Virus record (IMG/VR): IMGVR_UViG_3300048857_000027
Coordinates: 1 to 39,075 of that record
DNA: 39,075 nt
From: a virus
Lineage: Duplodnaviria > Caudoviricetes
Strand: one strand, 5' to 3'
The notes under the pieces are model-generated. The model saw nothing but the letters and a program-made list of their open reading frames with translations. It was not told the origin of the DNA and searched no databases. Both the position numbers and the translations under genes were made by a program. This document shows positions 34,121 to 39,075 of the stretch, one piece after another. Within the stretch, counting starts at the first letter, position 1. Each line of letters begins with the position of its first letter.

Positions 34121-35290
34121 TCACGCTGCGATTTTTTCTTCCGCTGGCGCGAATTTCACTCGCGCCGTCTCGTCGAGATCGATCAGCGCATCAATCGCGG
34201 CGTCAATGAGTGACGGACCACGCTTCTCTGCGTATGCAGGCGCTTGCCCCATGGCGACGCCAATCTCCTTCGCTGTCGCATCGGTTATGGCCATATCAAG
34301 CACGAGTGCATGGCGGCCGAGGTGATGGCGGAGATGATCAACATAGTCGAGAACCTCGACCTGCCGAGCAAAGTCCGGCTCACGGCCAGCTGCTGCCGAA
34401 ATCTCACCAGTTGGTTTGGGCCGCTTGACGCCGCCTGCCCACTGTGGGCCGGAAACGAGGCCATCTGGGCAGCGGATTGCTGGACGTGGGAGCAGGTCGA
34501 AAGGTACCGAGCCGTCGACGCCGAACTTCTTTAGCATCGCGCGCCCTTCCTCAACGCCGTATCGCCCGTGGCGATCCTTCGGGCTGGGTGCTTCCCGCGG
34601 TAGCGGCGCGTAGAAGTCGCCGATCGCCGGTTCGCCCGAAAGTGGCTTGCGATACGGCTTCGCCGTCAATGGTGACTCAACTGCGCCGCGCAGCTTCAAG
34701 TAGGCCCAGATTGCGGCGTCAGACCTAGTCGGCGACGTTCCGCCTTTAGGGCCGCGAGGGCGCTCTACCGGCCGCAGAGCGGCACCCTTCGACGTTCGTC
34801 CCCACTCAATGAGCCTGCCGTCGCGGAATAGAAGATCGCCTATCTGAGTATCCTCGCCGCCATTTTTGTTTTTCCGGCGAGTTTCGGTAGCCTCCTGAGG
34901 TTGGTAGACGTTCACCTCTTTACCGGTCCAATGCCAAGTCTCGGTGCCGATCACCTTCCAGCCGACGGCGGCAAGCAATTCTCCTTCAGATGGCCTGATC
35001 TCCTGCCTCGTCTCGGTGTCGAGGCTGTCTTCCTCGGTCGCCACCGGTTCCGATCCAGGGAAGCAGAGATTTTTCCAGTGGCGGAGAGCATACAGGCGAG
35101 CGTAGTCTCCGCGATAGGCAAGTCGCTCGAGTGCCGGCCACGCCAAAACTGAGCGTGCGGGCTTGTTGTCGTTGGCTGGCTTGATGGCTTTGATGGTTTT
35201 CTTCGCCCTGGCGGTGGTAGGCTTGCCGTGTGCCGCCAGGAGCTGGGACAGTTGCGAAAGATCCTTGTTGCTCGGCTTCTCGCTGATCAA
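34121..35290 (-). CDS. Hypothetical protein with C-terminal sigma-r4/Q-like HTH; putative late regulator
   Basis: TTG 35290 with GGAGG RBS; C-terminal LVLDMAITDATAKEIGVAMG...AAIDAL; last gene before the packaging module. Confidence 0.6.
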   Translation of the reverse strand: MISEKPSNKDLSQLSQLLAAHGKPTTARAKKTIKAIKPANDNKPARSVLAWPALERLAYRGDYARLYALRHWKNLCFPGSEPVATEEDSLDTETRQEIRPSEGELLAAVGWKVIGTETWHWTGKEVNVYQPQEATETRRKNKNGGEDTQIGDLLFRDGRLIEWGRTSKGAALRPVERPRGPKGGTSPTRSDAAIWAYLKLRGAVESPLTAKPYRKPLSGEPAIGDFYAPLPREAPSPKDRHGRYGVEEGRAMLKKFGVDGSVPFDLLPRPAIRCPDGLVSGPQWAGGVKRPKPTGEISAAAGREPDFARQVEVLDYVDHLRHHLGRHALVLDMAITDATAKEIGVAMGQAPAYAEKRGPSLIDAAIDALIDLDETARVKFAPAEEKIAA

Positions 35291-35301
35291 AGGTGTACCT
35301 C

Positions 35302-35661
35302 CTACCTGGTGAATTTCGGTCGCGGATCTGGCATTGCCCGGATCGCTTCGGATGCTTCGTTGAGTATGCCGCCTGGGCCTTCCATCAGGAGGGCTGCCTT
35401 TTCTTGAGCAAGCCGGAAGGCTGCAAGGCGGGCTTCCTCCGCCGCGGTTCGGGTCACGCAGAGGCTGAGTTTGTATTCGCAATCGCTTTTGACCTTTTCC
35501 AGCTCTGCCTCGAGTTCCGTGATCCGTTGCCTGAACGCCTCGATGACTGTGTGCGCGTCAACGAGACAGGCGCGGTAGTGTCGGCCTTGGTACTTCGGAT
35601 CGCGCGGGGCCATCTGGTCGGCAACTTCGACGGACAGTCGTCCTGGGCCTTGTCGCTTCAT
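35302..35661 (-). CDS. Hypothetical coiled-coil protein
   Basis: GGAG RBS; 119 aa; RQRITELEAELEKVK heptads. Confidence 0.75.
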   Translation of the reverse strand: MKRQGPGRLSVEVADQMAPRDPKYQGRHYRACLVDAHTVIEAFRQRITELEAELEKVKSDCEYKLSLCVTRTAAEEARLAAFRLAQEKAALLMEGPGGILNEASEAIRAMPDPRPKFTR

Positions 35662-35720
35662 TTCGCGCTCCGCTGATGATCGAACAAGTTCATCGCTTCT
35701 CCTCTCTATACGGGGGACGG

Positions 35721-35913
35721 CGTTCCCAGACGCCTCCCCCTCTGAAAGAGGGGCAAATGCTGGGAACGTGGGAATGCGTTTATTTTCAACAACTTAAGCC
35801 GTTCCCAAAAATCTTGGGAAGGCTGGGAATGGGAACGGGAAATTACGTCTTTTCAATTACTTAGCGTTCCCATTCCCATGGGAATGACCCATTCCCAGAC
35901 GTTCCTTGGGAAC
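35721..35913. repeat. Iteron cluster (TGGGAA/TTCCCA); candidate replication origin
   Basis: 12 exact hexamers in both orientations (35723, 35761, 35769, 35802, 35815, 35824, 35830, 35867, 35873, 35879, 35892, 35907) around two AT-rich TTTTCAA-N4-TTA segments, directly downstream of the primase-helicase. Confidence 0.75.
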
Positions 35914-35924
35914 GGATTTAGCGG

Positions 35925-38192
35925 CTATGTCCGTGGAGTTCCGGTCGAGAAATTCCCCAGCCCGATCGCGAACGTACCGCCCGGAACATCCAGCCACTTT
36001 GCGGTTTTTTCGCCCCGCGCCGTCGCACGTACGATCTCGCCACGTTCAAGGGCTTGGCTGGCAAGCGCGTCGAGTTTGCCCTTGGCGAGCCCACGCAGTT
36101 CCTCTGGAAGCCGCTCACGCATTTCAAACAGCCCACTGGCGCCGGTCTTCGTGAACGGTGAACCGGCAGCAGCCGCGGCCTCAACAGCGATGACCAGCGC
36201 TGCCCGCAGATCGTCTTGCGGCGGGGCAGATGCGCCAAGGCCAGCAGACCTATCGACCAACAAACCGTGCGCGTTGCGAACGTAGGTTGACACGATGCGT
36301 CGAGCCGCGCCGTTTGCTTTTACGACACCGCCGAGCACGACCTTCGCCGGCTGGAAATCGGTACCTAAATCCTTGCAAATACGCTTCGCCCTCGCCTCCT
36401 CGGCTGGCCACATGGCGTATGCAAGGCGGAGTCCGTCAACAAGTGCGGTGCTGCCTCGAATGGCGTCGCGGGCATCTCCAAGCGTCTCGATGGGCTTGGC
36501 GACCTTGCGCATGTGATGGGCAACCAGCGTCGTGGCGCCGGTCTCGGTCGCCAAGCGCGACAGCGACGTGCACACGAACTGTCCCGCTGCCGGATCTTCG
36601 TTCAACGGCAGGTGCGCAAAACTCGCCAATGGGTCGAAGGTGATGAGACGCAGATCTGAAATGGACGCGAGCTCATCTCGGATCCGCATGAAGTCGTCTG
36701 TTTCGACGAGACCCTTCTTTTTGTCTTCCCGCCAGAACGCTCTAGCGCCCCCTGCGGATGGAAGGGGAACAACGATCATCCGTTGGCCCGCTTTGCTAAA
36801 GCGAAACCCCTTGTCGTCGAGCGCAGCGATGCGACGATGCACTTCGTTCGCATCGTCTTCCGACGTGATCATCACCGACGTTCCATCGACAACGACCTTT
36901 CCGCCGAAGATCGGCGCGGCAAATGTGCCCTGACCAAAAGCAACTCGTCGATGAAGCTCCAGTAAGGCGAACGACTTTCCAGTGTCACCCATCGCCGACA
37001 CCATGCCAGGGATGCCGAGCGGGATTACGCCGTCGACCAAATACTTGACTGCCGGCGCCTCCCCGACGAACCGGCTCACAGGCCAGTCGAAGATCGAAAA
37101 TGCCCGCGGTTCGGCTGGAACGGCGCTGCTGTCGCTTGCTTGCTCCGGCAACGTCGCTGATTTCGTAGTAGCCGTTGCCGCCAGTCTCATGGCCCTTTCG
37201 TGTGCCTCCTGAGGCGAGATCCAGTCTCCACGCTCGCCGCCACGGTGCTTCGTTGCGATCGCAGACAAATCCGCGCCGCCGTCACGGGCCAGCTGCGCGA
37301 CCGTGCTCAAGGTGACGCCTTTCCCCGCCGTGAAGCCTTTCCACCGCGCGGCCACATCGCCTTTTCTGTATTTGGCGCCGCGAGCGCTCCATGCGTCGGC
37401 GATGGCCAGCCCATCGCTCCCGAGTGCGCCATGAACTGCCATCAGGACGTTGACCCAGTCTTGGTAGCCGATATCAGGATCGATGAAGGAAAGAAGTTCC
37501 TCGACTTCGGCGGCCTCTGCGGGCGCGTTGTCATTTGCATGCGAAGGGATGTAGTCCTGCCGCGGCGCGCGCCTTGGCGTGCGTATGCGCTCCACAAGCC
37601 AGGCAGGCGCGTCTGCAATGGCAGCAATGAAGTCGGATGCAGTATGATCTTCCAGGAACTCGTAGAACGTGCCGTCTGGCAGCGTGCTGCCCGCGGCAAT
37701 GACGTATCCGCCTGTTGCTCTCACGTCGATGTCTGCTGGAAGGCTGCCCGTTGAGTTGGTCATGCCGTCGACATGCCGGAATAGGAAGTGCAGCCCCCCT
37801 GTGGCAGTCCGGACGACGACGGTAGGCGTCAGCGCCCCGTGCTCGGCCTCCATGGATGCCAGGTTCGCGTCCCCGGCCTTGCCCTCTTTGACGTCAACGT
37901 CAAGTGCGAAAAAGCCTGTTCTCTCGCCAGTCGGAATGCCGATGAGGGCTTCTGGCCAGTCCGACCACCACCGCCGGACAATATGTTCCCTCGTGCTTGC
38001 TCCGTACAAGCCGTCGCTGGTGAGTGGACTCTTGGGGCCGTAGACCCGACCCGTATGAGGGTCGGTTTCCTCGCTGACGCGGCAAGGGAAAATCGGGATG
38101 CCGGCCGCGATGTACTCGAGCGCAACGGAGAGGTTGTTCGCGATGATTGGAGTGTCTGAGTTAGGCTGGACGGCGGATGCGGTTGTCGGCAA
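35925..38192 (-). CDS. Prim-Pol primase/polymerase + PriCT-2 + AAA_25-type helicase
   Basis: IFPC...IGIPTG...ALDVD...TATGGLHFLF...IDVRATGGYVI; YQDWVNVLMAVH...WSARGAKY; SAMGDTGKS, ITFDPL, AHHMRK, RGSTAL. TTG 38192 has a GGGAGG RBS (the ORF is open to 38243). Confidence 0.92.
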   Translation of the reverse strand: MPTTASAVQPNSDTPIIANNLSVALEYIAAGIPIFPCRVSEETDPHTGRVYGPKSPLTSDGLYGASTREHIVRRWWSDWPEALIGIPTGERTGFFALDVDVKEGKAGDANLASMEAEHGALTPTVVVRTATGGLHFLFRHVDGMTNSTGSLPADIDVRATGGYVIAAGSTLPDGTFYEFLEDHTASDFIAAIADAPAWLVERIRTPRRAPRQDYIPSHANDNAPAEAAEVEELLSFIDPDIGYQDWVNVLMAVHGALGSDGLAIADAWSARGAKYRKGDVAARWKGFTAGKGVTLSTVAQLARDGGADLSAIATKHRGGERGDWISPQEAHERAMRLAATATTKSATLPEQASDSSAVPAEPRAFSIFDWPVSRFVGEAPAVKYLVDGVIPLGIPGMVSAMGDTGKSFALLELHRRVAFGQGTFAAPIFGGKVVVDGTSVMITSEDDANEVHRRIAALDDKGFRFSKAGQRMIVVPLPSAGGARAFWREDKKKGLVETDDFMRIRDELASISDLRLITFDPLASFAHLPLNEDPAAGQFVCTSLSRLATETGATTLVAHHMRKVAKPIETLGDARDAIRGSTALVDGLRLAYAMWPAEEARAKRICKDLGTDFQPAKVVLGGVVKANGAARRIVSTYVRNAHGLLVDRSAGLGASAPPQDDLRAALVIAVEAAAAAGSPFTKTGASGLFEMRERLPEELRGLAKGKLDALASQALERGEIVRATARGEKTAKWLDVPGGTFAIGLGNFSTGTPRT

Positions 38193-38445
38193 GCTGGCCT
38201 CCCAAAAGTGCGTTCGATGCTGCTTTGGTGATTTTCTCGGCAATAGCCGGTTGGAACGACGCGCAGTGCTGACCGCCTATATTCGGCGCAATGGTTCGTC
38301 TGGTGCCGTCAGGGAACTCGCGAAGAAGAAGTCCGTACAGCCTGATGTCGCCGAGTTGGACTGTGAACCGGGCGATGGTTCTGGCGCCGCTGGAAGACGG
38401 CGGCCTTTCGACCGCCGATATCGACTGGATGACGGGATCCATCAC
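38161..38445 (-). CDS. Hypothetical protein (SpoVG-like beta pattern)
   Basis: IARFTVQLGDIRLYGLLL...IAP; coupled to its neighbours. Confidence 0.6.
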   Translation of the reverse strand: MMDPVIQSISAVERPPSSSGARTIARFTVQLGDIRLYGLLLREFPDGTRRTIAPNIGGQHCASFQPAIAEKITKAASNALLGGQLADNRIRRPA

Positions 38446-38798
38446 TGGCCGCTTGCCTGCCGTTCAATTTTTTCAATCACGGCTTGCCACACGAACTCCG
38501 CCGTTCGATGGTCCGCGAAGAACGCGTCGCCGACGTATCGAAGGAGACCGGATTTTGGCGGCGTCCCTTCCGCCCAGTATTCAACGAACCCAAAGCGGCG
38601 CCGGTCGCCTTTCGCGCCCTCCGTCAGGACCGCCTTTTCAGGAAACAGTGCGGGCGAGTGGTCAAGCAGGCGAGCGTCGTGGGGATAGCCGTCGAGCGTG
38701 TCTATGGCCAAGCCGAATCCGCGGACCCGGCTGGGGGCCGCCGCTTCGCGTTCTCGGATCAATCGAAACGCGCGGGGTTCGTGGGTGAATGTGCGCAA
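38442..38798 (-). CDS. Hypothetical protein
   Basis: TTG start with GAGGAGG RBS; 118 aa; overlaps the start of the next gene. Confidence 0.65.
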   Translation of the reverse strand: MRTFTHEPRAFRLIREREAAAPSRVRGFGLAIDTLDGYPHDARLLDHSPALFPEKAVLTEGAKGDRRRFGFVEYWAEGTPPKSGLLRYVGDAFFADHRTAEFVWQAVIEKIERQASGQ

Positions 38799-38938
38799 AA
38801 ATCCTCCTCGCCGGCGCGGAGGCCGGTCGGCAGCGGGGTTAGTGAAGATGAGTTTACGGGAGATTTTCCGGCGCGGAGGCTTGGGCGTCCACTAAGCCGC
38901 CGCTCTCGGAATGCTGTTATTCGATGACACCAGTGTTG

Positions 38939-39075
38939 TTAGACGGCTATTTCAACTTCAGCCTTAATACCGTCCCAAGCTTGACTTAGGGCCGCCTCAT
39001 AACGAGCTTGCCGAGCCGCCGCCTGCGTGTCTTTCCTTTTCGCAACGAAGTCGACCACTTCTGTGACGATGCCCT
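38939..39075 (-). CDS. 3' end of a gene cut off by the window edge
   Basis: Open frame ...GIVTEVVDFVAKRK...WDGIKAEVEIAV* ending at TAA 38939. Confidence 0.55.
   Translation of the reverse strand, partial: GIVTEVVDFVAKRKDTQAAARQARYEAALSQAWDGIKAEVEIAV

Larger units (their letters stand above)
128..39075. mobile_element. Prophage (HK97-like head, non-contractile tail) integrated at the 3' end of tRNA-Lys; continues beyond the right edge
   Basis: Ordered terminase-portal-protease-capsid-tail-lysis module plus primase-helicase. Accessory genes reach the tRNA. No sheath gene seen. The other att end and the integrase are not in the window. Confidence 0.93.

Noticed and set aside
35721-35913. CRISPR array or short ORFs in the TGGGAA region
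   Set aside because: The repeats are 6 bp, irregularly spaced and in both orientations. The ORFs there are repeat-derived and low-complexity.

Overview
The window begins with an intact tRNA-Lys(UUU) (52-127). Everything downstream looks like one end of an integrated temperate siphovirus-type prophage with an HK97-fold head, in an alphaproteobacterial host that is probably rhizobial (inferred from protein style and from LexA and sigma-EcfG motifs). Core genes run on the minus strand from right to left: primase-helicase followed by an iteron cluster, a putative late regulator, HNH/TerS/TerL, portal, protease, capsid, head-tail joining, tail tube, chaperone with a likely -1 frameshift, tape measure, tail tip, beta-helix tailspike and a GH19 lysis cassette. 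The ~10 kb between the lysis genes and the tRNA is accessory cargo: a PD-(D/E)XK-like nuclease, an HNH nuclease with a divergent XRE regulator, three tandem excisionase-like genes behind a structured leader, a lipoprotein, a Cas2/VapD-like gene paired with an Abi-alpha-like gene, a LigD-type ligase, a LexA-boxed operon and a two-module RTX protein. An ABC-ATPase/TOPRIM gene and several antisense morons sit inside the late region. No integrase is in the window. The most unusual signals are ssrA(tmRNA)-tag-like ANDN motifs, including a full tag-like portal C-terminus; the integrase-less triple excisionase-like operon; a ~270-nt array of back-to-back hairpins next to the putative late promoter; and several candidate defence genes. 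All family calls come from motif recognition by eye, not from database searches.
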